Assembly: GCF_009914755.1 (NCBI RefSeq)
Contig: NC_060933.1
DNA: 64,000 nt
Strand: one strand, 5' to 3'
Source: the human T2T-CHM13v2.0 reference genome, Homo sapiens
Shown: positions 16,884 through 29,962 of the stretch, in pieces
Layout: each line of letters starts with the position of its first letter
How positions within the stretch are numbered: the stretch's first letter is position 1
Notes under the pieces: model-generated
Database searches by the model: none
The model's input: only the letters and a program-made list of their open reading frames with translations
What the model was told of the DNA's origin: nothing
Translations under genes and position numbers: made by a program

Positions 16884-18072
16884 TATGCGATTTCCTCATC
16901 AGTGCTCCCGGTCAGTAGAGACAGAAATCAGTTCCTCAGTCTGCTTCCTAAAAAGTGAGAATGTTGGATGCACATTCCACTCTTCTTTTTCCCTCCCAAG
17001 GAAGAGAAGCCACAAGCTGGGTTTTTCCTACCAATCTCACCAAGCTGCCAGACCTGGAAAAGGGCTATCACAGTTGACATGAAACAGATTGTTTAATCAA
17101 TTTCAATGTGGCTATTCTAGACTTTGAGCTTGCCTGCAGTACTGTGACTTCTTAATTGGTTCTGTAGTTCTCACTATAATTTTTTGGGATGTATGCTGTA
17201 GTTAAGTCAATGTCTCTACTGGAAAATAAGGTCTAGGACTTCCTATTCTGCCATCTTGCTGATGTCATTCCTGAAGAACGCCTTTAATGTTATTATTAAT
17301 TCAGTTTTCATCTTCTAGTAATGACCTGCTTATATTCCTTGCTCATTTCTATAACGGAGTGTTTGCCTCTTTATGATTTATTTTTGCAAGTCATTTCTAT
17401 ATTTTGCATTCTGATCCTTTGTTTCTATTTGTTAACAGATTTTAAAAATTATTTTGTTTATTGTCAGCTGCTTTTTAAAAAATCAACTGTGATGCATATT
17501 TTGGGAGTTTGGTGTAGGGAGTACATACACACTGCACTGACTGATTTTTAAGGTCTTTTTGAATAAATTTATAATTACATAATTCAAAAGATCCATCAGT
17601 CAACATTCACCTCACAACCAAATCCAAGTCTTTACCTGACATGTAAATAAATAAATCTAAACACTCTCCATGTCTCCTATGGTTCTTCTTACATTGCCAA
17701 ATCCAACATAATGAAGATTATCTCCAATGTTTTCCTCTAATAATTATATAGTTTAAGGGTTAGGTGCAAAGGATTCCTAAAGGTTGAGGACAAAGACAAT
17801 TTCTGATAGAGCTTGAATTAGCAATAGCTTTACAAAAAAAAAAAAAAATCACCAAGTCCCTCAGTCCCAGATTCTCTTGGTTAATGATATGTCAAAAATG
17901 AAATGCCCACCAATGAAAACTGAGATTCTTTTACAGAGTGAAGAAACATTTGTAATGTGATTAATTGCCTTTTAATTTGTCTGAATCTCTTTGATTTGTT
18001 TAGTCTAGATTTTGGAATATCATGTTTCTTAAAATAGGGCATATGTTCACATCAAATGTTGCCTTGTAAATA

Positions 18073-18074
<2 letters not shown>

Positions 18075-18122
<48 letters not shown>
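18075..18122. repeat. (GT)24 microsatellite
   Basis: Perfect dinucleotide run. Confidence 0.98.
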
Positions 18123-18123
<1 letters not shown>

Positions 18124-18520
18124 GGGAGCAGAAGAAGGCAGAGCCAGGGCAGGCTAGTGTGAGAGCATACACTTGCATCTGTGCACATTCTCCTCTTGCA
18201 GAGTGAGCAATCCCAGGGTAAAACTAAGTACTGCTCTTTCTTTTATGCTCCCTACTGTGTATGTAGGGCTTTCTACCTAATGGGCCCACAAAAGACATTG
18301 TATGATTTACTTACTGCTCTGTGAGAGTTGAGAAAATAGTGATTTTTAAAAGAGTTTGAAAAAACTCACCAATTTGCTATGTATTCCACTAAAATAATCT
18401 TTCTATATAAAACACAACCATAACTGAACATCCATTTCCTATGAATTGTAAAATTTTCCTCTCATAACCAAACTGATACATTTTGAAACCTGAGAAGAAG
18501 GATGTTTAGTTTAACACCTA

Positions 18521-18610
<90 letters not shown>

Positions 18611-19470
18611 TTAACTCACGCTGCAAACAGGATTACATCAGTTCTATTTTTCTTGGTGTGAGTGATATTTCCGTTGAGATTCCCCCAACCCCCATCTTCT
18701 CATGTTTCACTCTGTCAGAGTGAAAAGGAAGCAGTGCCATGTCACATTTACTAATAATTGGGATTTTATGTTTAATGTCTATAATTCTGCATTCCTATTT
18801 AAGCAATGAACAATAGACAGGTCATTAATTTCCTAAGAATTAAAACCAAATCCATTTAAAGAAAAGTTAGTTTACTTCTTCATTTAAAATTCAGTTCATT
18901 TGAAAAAAAAAAAAAAGTTGTCATTGTACAAAGCTTCCAAAACACCGGAATGGTTAACAAACATTAAAAAATCTCATAACATTTTTTAGAAGAGTTACAT
19001 CAAGTTTGTAAGTTAAAATTTCTCACATTTGGCTATAATTTAAGCCAGAAGAAAACAATGCTTTAATATTAAGAGGTAAATATTTAAAACTATGTACTGA
19101 ATTTTCTGTTTTGCTTTAACAGAAAATTCCAATCAGGTTATTTGAAATACAAGATTCTTTCAACAGTACAAGACTGTGTTTATAATAGCTAAGAACAGCT
19201 CTTCTCCCAAACATCTCTGAGTGAATAAGTGAGATGTGTCCCTAGAAAGAGAGGCTGATTGGTTGGTTTAGGAAAACCCTTCCTGGTTTCCTTCTTTCTC
19301 ATAACTTCCCATCTCACATTTCTTCCGTACATGGCCATAAGTCTGCCCAAGGTAAGAAGAGATAAACAAAGAAAAGTTAAACATCTCTTCTGGAGGACTG
19401 AAATATTTCCATTTACTCTTTTTGCTGATGGCACATTCAGCATTAAACATTTCAAAAGTGATAAATTTTA

Positions 19471-19590
<120 letters not shown>

Positions 19591-19937
19591 CTAAAAAACA
19601 TAAACAGAAAAAGTTAACTTCTTTAAAAGTAAATGCAAGTGCCTTTTATGTACAATGCCTACAATTTATTTGTACATGGGGGTGGTCTCTATGAAACAAA
19701 AAAATCTGTTTGTCAAAGTACCCAATTTACTTTGATTCAAAGTGTAAAAGAGAAATGTTAGCATTAAAGTTAACACATTAAAAAGAAGTCAATTTAAACA
19801 AACATTAGCAGTGAAACAAAAATATATATCATCAATGAGCAGTGCTTTACCTATATTAAGAATGGAATCTTTATTGTTTTTAAACTCAGTAAAATATGTT
19901 TAACAGAGATGATAATTTTTCTTTGCTTTTTTTTTGA

Positions 19938-20041
19938 GGTCAGATGGGTAACGTGCCGATGTCATACAAGGTTCAAGGGTGGCACATTGCACACACATGC
20001 GTGAAACACCCAATCATCACGCTCATGAACTACAAAAGGAT
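19938..20041 (-). pseudogene. U13 (SNORD13) snoRNA retrocopy
   Basis: Reverse complement ATCCTTTTGTAGTTCATGAGCGTGATGATTGGGTGTT...GTGCCACCCTTGAACCTTGT...TTACCCATCTGACC matches U13; box C GTGATGA and box D CTGA are present; A-tail at ~19919-19935; degenerate TSD cagagatgataattt (19904-19918) / cagatattagaattt (20043-20057). Confidence 0.9.
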
Positions 20042-21076
20042 CCAGATATTAGAATTTAATATAAGATAGAGAACACATCACAAATCAGTAGGGAAAGGAC
20101 AGATTATGTAATAAATGGTGCCTCAAAAACTATCTGTAAAAAGAAAAAAAGATTCTCACCGGGTATTATTCATCAAAATATACTCCAGTTTAATGTAAAT
20201 CAAAGAGATAAATGTAAAAATGAAATAATACACAAGAAGAAAACATGAACATTTTTCAAGTATCTGAATGAGAAAGAACTCTGAGAACTGAAAATCCTGG
20301 GAGTAAATCATCAGGGAAGAGGCTTGGCTGTGCTCAATAAAAATAAAATCTTGTGTTTACCAGAAAAATAATATGAGCACAAACTAAGAAGAATGTTAAC
20401 AACAAACAGTACAGATTCTATATTATCAAATTAATGTACAAAATATACGACAAACACTAAGAGCATAACAATGAATATGAATAGATAATTCATAAAATAC
20501 AAATAGCTAAGAAACACATAAATGAATGTTCATCCTCCATAATCAAAAAGGGTAGGGTAAAACACCTGTATGGCACTTTCACTTAATGAATTCAAGTTTT
20601 TTACAGACATGAATAGCTAAGCTGTATGGGGTTCTATGAAACATGTACTCTGTGTGAGCTCCTGGAGGAATAGAAATAGGGTCTTCCATACAGAGTGCAG
20701 TTGTGAATGGCACCGAGGCGCCCAAAGTGTGAGCAGAGGCAACACAGCCCGGAACCCATCATGAAGCTTGGACTTCCAGGGGTGTGTCTGCCTAGAGGTT
20801 TGTCACCTGAACAAAGACCGATTACGGGCTAACAGAGGCCCTGCCTTATAGAAAGCAACTTGAAAAAAATATATTAAATGTCTTCAAAATATTCAGAACC
20901 TTTGATATATGTGGCATACATTTAAGGAAATAAATGCAAATATGATGACAGGAACTATGCTCGAAGATGTTCACTATAGTGGTTATTTCTCATATAGTAA
21001 AAATTGTCTAACAGCAGAGAATGATTAATATGCTTATATAGTGGCTCACTGTAAGCCACTAAAATGTTTACAAAGG

Positions 21077-21353
21077 GGCCAGGCACGGTGGCTCACACCT
21101 ATAATCACAGCACTTTGGAAGGCCGAGACGGGCAGATCACTTGAGCCCAGGAGTTCGAGACTAGCCTGGGCAACACAGAGAAATCCCACCTCTATAAAAA
21201 ATACAAAAAAATTAGCTGGGCATGGTGGTGCACATCTGTGGTCCCAGCTACTCAGGAGGCTGAGGCAGGAGGATCACTCGAGCTCCAGAAATTGAGGCTC
21301 TGCACTCCAGGCTGGGAGTTGAGAGTGAGACCCTGTCTCCAAGGAAAAGAAAA
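21077..21353 (+). mobile_element. AluJ (right-arm deletion)
   Basis: Alu consensus similarity. Confidence 0.9.
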
Positions 21354-21500
21354 GTTTATGAATAATTTTAATAGTATTTAAAATGGTTATATTATACTAC
21401 TAAATGAAGAAAGATGTAAAATGTTATACGCAGAAATGATCTCATCAATATAAAAATAATCCATAAATGAGAATGGAAAAACAATGGAAGAAAACATCAC

Positions 21501-21887
21501 TGTCTTAGTCTGTGCTGCTGTGGCAAAGTACCTCAGACTGGGTCATTTATAAGAGCAAAACTTTATGTCTCAGTTCTGGAGGCTGGGAAGTCCAGAACCA
21601 AGGAGCTGGCAGGTTCAGTGTTTGCTGAAGGCTTCCAAGGTGATGCCCTGTTGCTGTGCCCTCTAGAGGAAACGGACACTATGAATGCTGTGTCTTCACA
21701 TGGTGAAAGGGACAGAAGGGCAAAAAGGGCCCAGGGCACTCTCTTCCACCTCTTATAAAATCACCAGTCTCATTCATGAGAGCTCTGCCCTCATGACTTA
21801 ATCACCCCCAAAGCCCCTCTTAATATTATCACATGGGTGATTAAGTTTCAACACATGAATTTTAGGGGATATATTTAGATCACAGCT
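21501..21887 (-). mobile_element. MaLR solo LTR (MSTD/MLT1A-like)
   Basis: tgtcttagtc...ttctggaggctgggaagtcc...tttcaacacatgaatttt; 5-bp TSD atcac. Confidence 0.8.
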
Positions 21888-21893
21888 ATCACC

Positions 21894-21962
21894 AAATGTT
21901 AGCAGTTTCTAGGGTGGTGCTAGAGACCCATAATAGTACCACCCTAGAGACTGCTAACATTT
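21894..21962. repeat. Inverted repeat, 29-bp arms with an 11-nt loop
   Basis: aaatgttagcagtttctagggtggtgcta / tagtaccaccctagagactgctaacattt; 27/29 Watson-Crick pairs. Confidence 0.95.
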
Positions 21963-24493
21963 ATATTAACATTATATATATATATATTTTTTCTTCTTCT
22001 TTCTACTTAAGTACAATTTCCTAGCCTTCCATACATGTATGTGCTTCTTTTACTACCAGGAAAAATATTTTTTGAAAAAGTTTTATTTGGAAATATTTGA
22101 TCTTTAAAAAAGTCCTATACTGCATTTTGTGATAACACATTACAAGATAAAATGAATTTGCATCTGTGCATATAAATGTATGTATGTAACTTCATACACA
22201 AATACTTGGAGATGACAGTCTAATCCAGGGTGGAGGCTAAGGGTGCCTCAGTGATGGGCAGGCAGGCTCCATAGACCCGGGACGACAAGCACGTGGCACA
22301 CATACCAGTGACACTCTGAGTGGTTACCATTATCACGGTGGTCATTTCAATTTCATCATAAAGTATCTCACACATCCAAAAAGATACAAAATATTATGTC
22401 AAATTCCACAAACCTTCAAGCTTAATCAGTAAACATTAGAAATACAGAAGAAGCCTTCTATGCCCTCTGCCCTTCCCCATCATGATTCAACAGCCCTACC
22501 CCTGGGGGAAACTCTACCCTGAATCTGGGATGCATCCTTTTGTGCAGATCATGTACTTTCTCCCTGTGAGCTCACCCCTGCCTCCGTATCCTTAAAAGAG
22601 AATCCAGGCAACACTCCTAAGTCATGTAAGTGGAAACCTGCCATTTCTACATGACATCCTATCTACAGTTTTCAAATTAGAATTGCAAGTTAACAAAGTA
22701 GCTTTAAAACATTACTACTCAGTAGAAGACGTTCATGATTAATAAAAACAACAACAAAAAACCCCCAGTAATATGTACTACATGATTTACAAAAAAATGA
22801 ATCCACTGGAAAGGGGTAAAAACAGGAACCTTACAGAGTTAGAGAGTTAGAGTGAACCTTGCTTAAGGTAGAGAGAAGGATGGGGCCACTTGCTTGTTAT
22901 TGTTTTTTCCCTCTTTCAGTTCAAATCTGCCGCAAATACAGAAAGCAAATAGGAGCTGACCATAGCCCCAAGAGAGTTCGTCTCCATGTTGGTGGTGTTC
23001 TCTTCCAACACCAAGTGCAATCTGGGAGAGAGAGGGAGCAGCCATGGCTGGGTGGGCAGAGTCAGGGAGCTCAGGTACAAGCCAGCGTGCCATCTGTGGA
23101 AGTGCTTACTGCCAGCTGCGCTTACTGCTGGACTCCACTGAACTTGCGAAGGCGGAGGGTGGGGCCTGCACAGCAGGGAGAGCACTTGGTGCTCTTAGCA
23201 AGCCAGGATGGAGCCTGAATCCCCAGTGGGGTGCAGTGCAGGTGTTCTGGGAAAAGGGAAAGCCCGGCCAGGTCTGGCCAGCCATATGTCAAATCCACGC
23301 GGAGGTGTCCAAGTCAGACCCAGGCAGAGAAGGGAGGACTTGGTTTGGAAAGTAGGTGGGCTCCAAGTCGGCAGCAGTCTGGGTTTGCACAGAGCAGGTC
23401 AGTCTGATGCTAGGTGAGGGGAGGGCAGTGTCAGAAGAATGCAACCTTCTGCTCAGAAACCAGACTTTTGCATTCTATTTAACACTCATTTAAAGCATTT
23501 ACTACACACCAGGGGCTGTTCTAAGCCAATTACAAATAGCAACTCATTTAATCCTCACAGCCTACGGGTAGGTACTGTTACTGAATCTGGGTTAAAGAGG
23601 AGGAAATCAAGACAGTTTAAGCAGCCTGCCCAAGGCTAGTTATTTACTCTATGGCCAAACCTTATAATGAACCTCCCTGTATCCACTGTCCATGAGACTG
23701 TTGGGATAGTTTTTAACAATGCAAATCTGAATGCTCTCAGTCTGAGACCCTTACAGCTTCCAGTTACTCTTACTGTGAAGCCCAAACTTCTCAAAGTGAA
23801 GCAGCCTGGCTCACCAGCACACCCCACACCCGCCACCAGGCTTGACTTCTCCTTACAAGCCTGTTTGCGACCCTGGAGGGCCACAGGCTTTTTGGGCCAT
23901 CAGGACTTCAGTATGTCCAATCCCCTCTGCCTGGGGAGCTCTCCTATGCCCCTCACTTGTGAGAATTGACTTCTTGAAGGAATTCTAGCAATTGTGACAA
24001 CCACAATTTACCAAGTGCTTACAATGTGTGAGGCACTATGTTCTCTAAGTGTGGCATCTCACTGAAAATCCCAGGCTCAGTTTTTAATCAAATTCAATTC
24101 AGCAAAGTTTCAATTAAGCCACCCATAAACAGGTGGCTACTGTTATTGTATATCACAATCCACCCTTAAAAAATTAGAGCGCAAGGCGCTACAAACCTGG
24201 TTGAGATGGAAAGTAATGTAGTATGTAATTGAAGGAAACCAGTTTTGAGCAGTAACAGCTAAGGGTCAGTTAAGATTGTAGATGTTAAACAAAACCATGC
24301 CCAGGCTTTCCCCTAACCCACAGCCTCCCAGAAGCACTCACACCCTGGGCCTGGGACCAGCTCACGGAGGGTGACTTCCCAATACTGTATGAGCTCCGTC
24401 TTGACATTTGATAGATTCAGAGGGTGAGATGAGAGATTGTAAATAATTCTTAAGTAATGTTTAAAATAGCCACAAATAGTTCCCTAGATATTA

Positions 24494-25154
24494 CAGTCAT
24501 GTATCACTTAGCAACTGGGATACATTCTGAGAAATGCTTCGTTAGGCAGTTTCTTTGCGTGCAAACATCACAGAGTGTACTTACATGAACCCAGATGGCT
24601 CAGCCTGCTGCACACCTAGGCTACATGGGAGAGCCTATTGCTCCTGGGCTACAAACCTGTGCAGCATGGGACTGTACAGAATACTGTAACATTGTGATCT
24701 AAACCTATCTAAACATAGAAAAGGTACAGTAAAACTATGGTATAACACTGAAAAAATGGTACACCTGTATAGGACACTTCCCATGAATGGAGCCTGAAGA
24801 ACTGGAAGTTGCTCTGGGTGAGTAAATGGGGAGTGAATATGAAGGCCGAAGACATGACTCTGCACCACTGTAGACTTCACAGACACTGTACACTTAGGCT
24901 ACACTAAATTCTTAAAAACTTGTTTCTTTCTTCAGCAATAAACTATTCTTAGCTTACCGCAACTTTCAAATTTGATAAACCTTTTATTTTTGTTGAACTT
25001 TTGGACTATTACAATCAATGCTTTGCCTAAAACACATTGTACAGCGGTACAAAAATATCTTCTTTCACTATATCCTTATATCATAAGCTTTTCTATTTTA
25101 ATTTTTTAATTTTTTTTTACTTTTTAAACTTTTTTGTTAAAAACTGAGGCACAC
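24494..25154 (+). mobile_element. Tigger3b, left part
   Basis: TA+cagtcatg terminus, cattctgagaaatg, cctattgctcctgggctacaaacctgt. Confidence 0.85.
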
Positions 25155-25417
25155 TGCCACCCAGACACTTGTCCTGGTCACTTCAACCCCTGGCTCACTG
25201 TTGTGCTGGTGTGAATGCAAACCCCGCTCTCTGGCTGCCAAGCATGCATGTGGCCAGGACAGCAAATCAAGCATTCAAGCTCCAGGCAAGAGGTCTTCTC
25301 AGGTTCCCAAACAGGCTTTCCAGAATTCCCCCAAGACACTGAGACTCAGCCCCTTCAAGGCCTTGCTGCCAAAGAGAATCAGAGAGGGGATCGGGGAGCC
25401 GTTCAGACTCTCCAGCC

Positions 25418-25596
25418 CAAGCTTGTCAGTGCACAGCTCAACACAAATTTGTAAACTTTCTTAAAACATTATAAGATTATTTTTTGCTTTTTTTTTTTAA
25501 GCTCATCAACTATCACTAGTGTTAGTGTATTTAATGTGTGGACCAAGACAATTCTTCCAATGTAGCCCAGGAAAGTCAAAAGATTGGACACCCCTG
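25418..25596 (-). mobile_element. MER30 with internal deletion
   Basis: Both termini present (caagcttgtc ... ttggacacccctg); TSD ctccagcc/ctctagtc. Confidence 0.85.
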
Positions 25597-26811
25597 CTCT
25601 AGTCTCTTCTGTAGTGAAAATGGACTTGTACCCAAAGAGGCAACTCACTGTCCACAAGGACACCATCCCAGATGCTGAGCATCAACCTCCTGCCTCCCTG
25701 GAACAGACCTTATCTGAATCCCATCAAAGCCCACATTGTCCTCCAGCCTCTAACGTCCAGACATGTGCCAGAATAGCCCCTCAGAACTGTCTTGATGAGA
25801 TGGGACAAGGGGTGGTGGAGATCCAGGTTCAGAATGGCCGCCTTATCCCTGACTTCTGAGAGGTCTGTACCTGCTGGTTGGAGCCCTCACTCCTTAGGAG
25901 GCTTGGCCCATGTCCCAGGAAGTGCCCCCTAAAACGACCTTCCGGTCTCTTCCTCCTCTGAGGGGAGTGCCCTGGAATGAGTCCCTCTGTGCTAAGGAAC
26001 ACGACCTCCATTCGCACAACCAGGCTGACTGGCGCCCTGTGCCCGGAGGCAGGAAGAGACGCAGGATCCAGCTTGTGTCTGTGCGTCTGTGTTTCTCCAG
26101 CTGTGGTGCCTGTGCAAAGAGTGGAACCTCAAAGAACACTGGGTGGTCAACACACGGACACAGCACCCAATACAAGTATGTATGTTTAAGCTGAATAACA
26201 ATGTCATATAAAAATGTTATTTCATTTTATAAGAAAATTGAGTTAAATTTTGTAAGGGCGTTAAAATATAATTTTAATAGGAAGCTATGAAAATTATCTA
26301 CACTTGGTGTACAAATGACTGAATTTTGGGTAACTCTGTAAAAGCCACTTATGGGTGTAAAGAGGGGTCTGTCACTTACTTTATAAGACATCGACTTCCA
26401 AATCTGTGGTGTTTTTAACCAGTGCCCTCTGGTGATACTAACATTTCTTAGCCTGAAGGAGCATTTCCATGGAAACCATAATAGAGATTTCGCTAACTTT
26501 GGATTAAAATAATTATAAAATTGCTTGGTTGGTTTATGCTCGTTAACCAAATGCTCCTACAGATAGCATATTGCACATGTGTTTTGATGTGTTCTTTCAT
26601 CTAAGGTCAATTTCCCTTAGTTTATTCATCAAATTTTATTTACTTTAGATAAAAGAGACCTTGTAGTTAGCATGTGCTCTATGAATCTGTACTTTGTTAG
26701 AAATACAAACTCTCAGACAAAACCCTGACCTATTTTATCAAAATCTGACCTATTTCATTAAAATCTGGATTTAAAATAATATTTCCAGGTGATTCATATG
26801 CACATTAATGA

Positions 26812-27102
<291 letters not shown>

Positions 27103-27572
27103 TAAGAGGATAAAAAGTTATATGGGTGTACTGATTTGTCAAAAAGGTACAATAAAGATTATACATGTCAATGCACATACATCTTATCTTATAAAAATAA
27201 AAAAATAAAGGGATGGGGAATGAGCTGAAGTATAGATGAAGCAGAAATAGCACATGATGAGTAGTTGTTGAGGCTGAGTGTCAGGTCTATTACACCATTT
27301 TGTTTATTTTGTATATGTTTAAAATGTTCTGTAATAAAACACTTGTCTAAAAAGACAAAGTTTATCCATAACATTAGCTCTTAAGATTTTGGCTACCTTT
27401 GGAGAGGAAGAAGGAAGAAAGTGGATGTCAGAAGCATGAACAAGGCTGATTCTATCTTGTGGTTACAAAAATGTATTTGCCTTGTAATAATTCACTGAGC
27501 TTTATCTTAATGCTTTGTGCATGTACTTCTGTATGCATATTATGTATCAATAAAAATTTAAATATTAAAGAG

Positions 27573-28412
27573 AAAAACTGAAGCACACACATTAGCTGAG
27601 GCCTACACAGGGTCAGGTAATTAATATCACTGTCTTCTACCTCCACATCTTGTCCCACTGGAAGGTCTTCAGGGGCAATAACAATAACATATGTGGAGCT
27701 GTCATCTCCTGTAATAACAATGTCTTCTTCTGGAATGAATCCCTCCTGAAGGACCTGCCTAAAGCTGTCTTACAGTTAACTCTTTTTTTTTTTTTTTTTT
27801 TTTTTTGAGACAGGGTATTGCTCTGCTCTGTCACCCAGGCTAGCAATCACAGTTCGCTGCAACTTTCAACTCGTGGGTTCAAGCAATCTTCCCGCCTCAG
27901 CCTCTCAAGTAGCTGAGACTGAATAAGCTGAGGCTTATTTTTTAAATTTAGTTTTATTTTTTGTAGAGGTAGGTCTCAGTATGTCACTCAGGCTGGTCTC
28001 AAACTCCTGGCCTAAAGTGATCCTTCTGCCTTGGTCTCCCAAAGCACTGGGATTATAGGCATGAGCCACCACATCTGGCCAACTTTTTTTTTTTTTAAAT
28101 AAGTAGTACACTCTAAAATAACAGAAAGTATAGTATGTTAAGTACATAAACCAATAACACAGCCATTTATTATTATCAAGTAATTATGTACTATATATAA
28201 TTATATGTGTTATCCTTTTCTATGACTAGCAGCACAGGATGTTTGTTTACCTAGAATCACCACAAACATGTGAACAATGTGTTATACTACATTATAACAC
28301 CTATGATGTCCCTAGGTCATAGACACTTTTCAGCTCCATTATAATCTTATGAGACCACTATTGTACATGCAGGCTGTTGTTGATCAACATGTCATTATAA
28401 GGCACATGACTA
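27573..28412 (+). mobile_element. Tigger3b, right part (contains an Alu)
   Basis: Resumes at the consensus position where the left part stops (cacacattagc...gcctacacagggtcagg); ends ggcacatgact. Confidence 0.85.
27783..28080 (-). mobile_element. AluJ nested in Tigger3b
   Basis: Antisense Alu with poly(T); aact flanks. Confidence 0.85.
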
Positions 28413-28572
28413 AACTTCCAATGTCTGCATTGCACGAGCTGACTTTAACATATAATGTCCTGGAAAAATGAAAATGTAGTATCTCACTTATCTGCAAGGG
28501 ATACACTCCAAGACCCTCAGTGGATGCCGGAAACCTTGAATGTACCTAACCTTTCTCTCTCCTCTCTATATA

Positions 28573-28627
28573 TACACATACACACACACACACGTACACA
28601 TTGTGTGTGTGTGTGTGTGTGTGTATG
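28573..28627. repeat. (CA)n-(TG)n self-complementary microsatellite
   Basis: CA run directly followed by TG run. Confidence 0.9.
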
Positions 28628-28870
28628 AAACAAAATTACATATTTTAATTTACGTTTTTCCATAATTCTGTAATATAAGTGGCTATGAAGTGCCACAAGA
28701 GTTTTTTCCCTGAATAAAATAAGTGTTAAGTCCTAGAAACAACATACAGAGGCCAGTATATGGTTACGTAGTTTTCAAACAGACACCTCAAACTTTGGTC
28801 CTCTAAATTTTTATTTTATAGTAAACTTAAATATTGATGAGCATTTCTCATTGCTAAGAATAATTTTTTT

Positions 28871-28889
28871 TACCGCCACCTAGTGGTAA
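28871..28889 (-). promoter_or_regulatory. CTCF binding motif
   Basis: Minus strand TTACCACTAGGTGGCGGTA; core CCACTAGGTGGCGG fits CCASYAGRKGGCRS at every position. Confidence 0.7.
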
Positions 28890-29672
28890 ATAGTCTAAAC
28901 ACAAAACCATTAAAGATTAGGCATTGGCTCTTGGACAAAAATAAATTCCTATAGTCATATAATAATAGGTTCTTTCTCAAATGCTGGCAGAGTGATCTTG
29001 GAGATCCTTTACTCTAACTCCCTCAGTTTACTAATGAAGCACTGAGTTTCTAAATATACAAATCAGTATTTAAGAAAAGGATGTGGATATAAATGAACAG
29101 GTTCAGACATAAAGATGTACAGATTTTATCATCCTGACCACTGATATAAAATCTTTCATGAGTAGAAAGTATGGGAACCAAGATGGCTGTATCTAAAATG
29201 ATTTTAAGCCCAATTTCGATTCATGTAAAAGAATGAAACTCTGCTCATGTGTGAAAAGCCATTGAATGTGCTTAGATCATGCGAGTGAACTTTCCTAAGA
29301 AGGGGAGTTTTAAATAAAGCAGAGGGAAATCCACTGCCCTTGCTTTTGGGTGCTGTTAGTTGTCCTTGCCTCACTGTATCTGCTCCCTCGTGTAACAGGC
29401 AGCACATTCGCAGGCAGGTTAGGAAAGCTGGAGCAATGGGTTGTGGCTTGGAACATGGTCTGGGTGTGGAGGAAGGGTTGTGGGTTTTGCTCAGGCAAAG
29501 GGCTAGGAGAGCCAAACTGTGGTCAGTATTCTCAAACTAAGACAGAGCACGTATATTATGCTTCTCTAAACAATTTCTTCATCTGATCATTAAAGTCTTT
29601 TAGAATTTCCACCACTTTGCTCTCCATGGCATATCTCTTTATACAAAATATACAAAAAAAAAAAAAGGTGTT

Positions 29673-29962
29673 GGCCAGGCGTGGTGGCTCACGCCTGTAA
29701 TCCCAGTACTTTGGGAGGCCGAGGCAGGCGGATCACAAGGTCAGGAGATCGAGACCATCCTGGCTAACATGGTGAAACCCCGTCTCTACTAAAAATACAA
29801 AAAATTAGCTGGGCATGGTGGCGGGTGCCTTTAGTCCCAGCTACTCGGGAGGCCAAGGCAGGAGAATGGCGTGAACCCAGGAGGCGGAGCTTGCAGTTAG
29901 CCAAGATCGCGCTACTGCACTCCAGCCTGGGAGATAGAGAAAGACTCCATCTCCAAGAAAAA
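29673..29962 (+). mobile_element. AluY
   Basis: Diagnostic gagatcgagaccatcctggctaac, gagaatggcgtgaacc, gagcttgcag. Confidence 0.9.

Noticed and set aside
22850-23420. Cluster of overlapping ORFs in a GC-richer patch
   Set aside because: No recognisable protein; ORFs in many frames reflect GC content; too few CpGs for a CpG island or promoter
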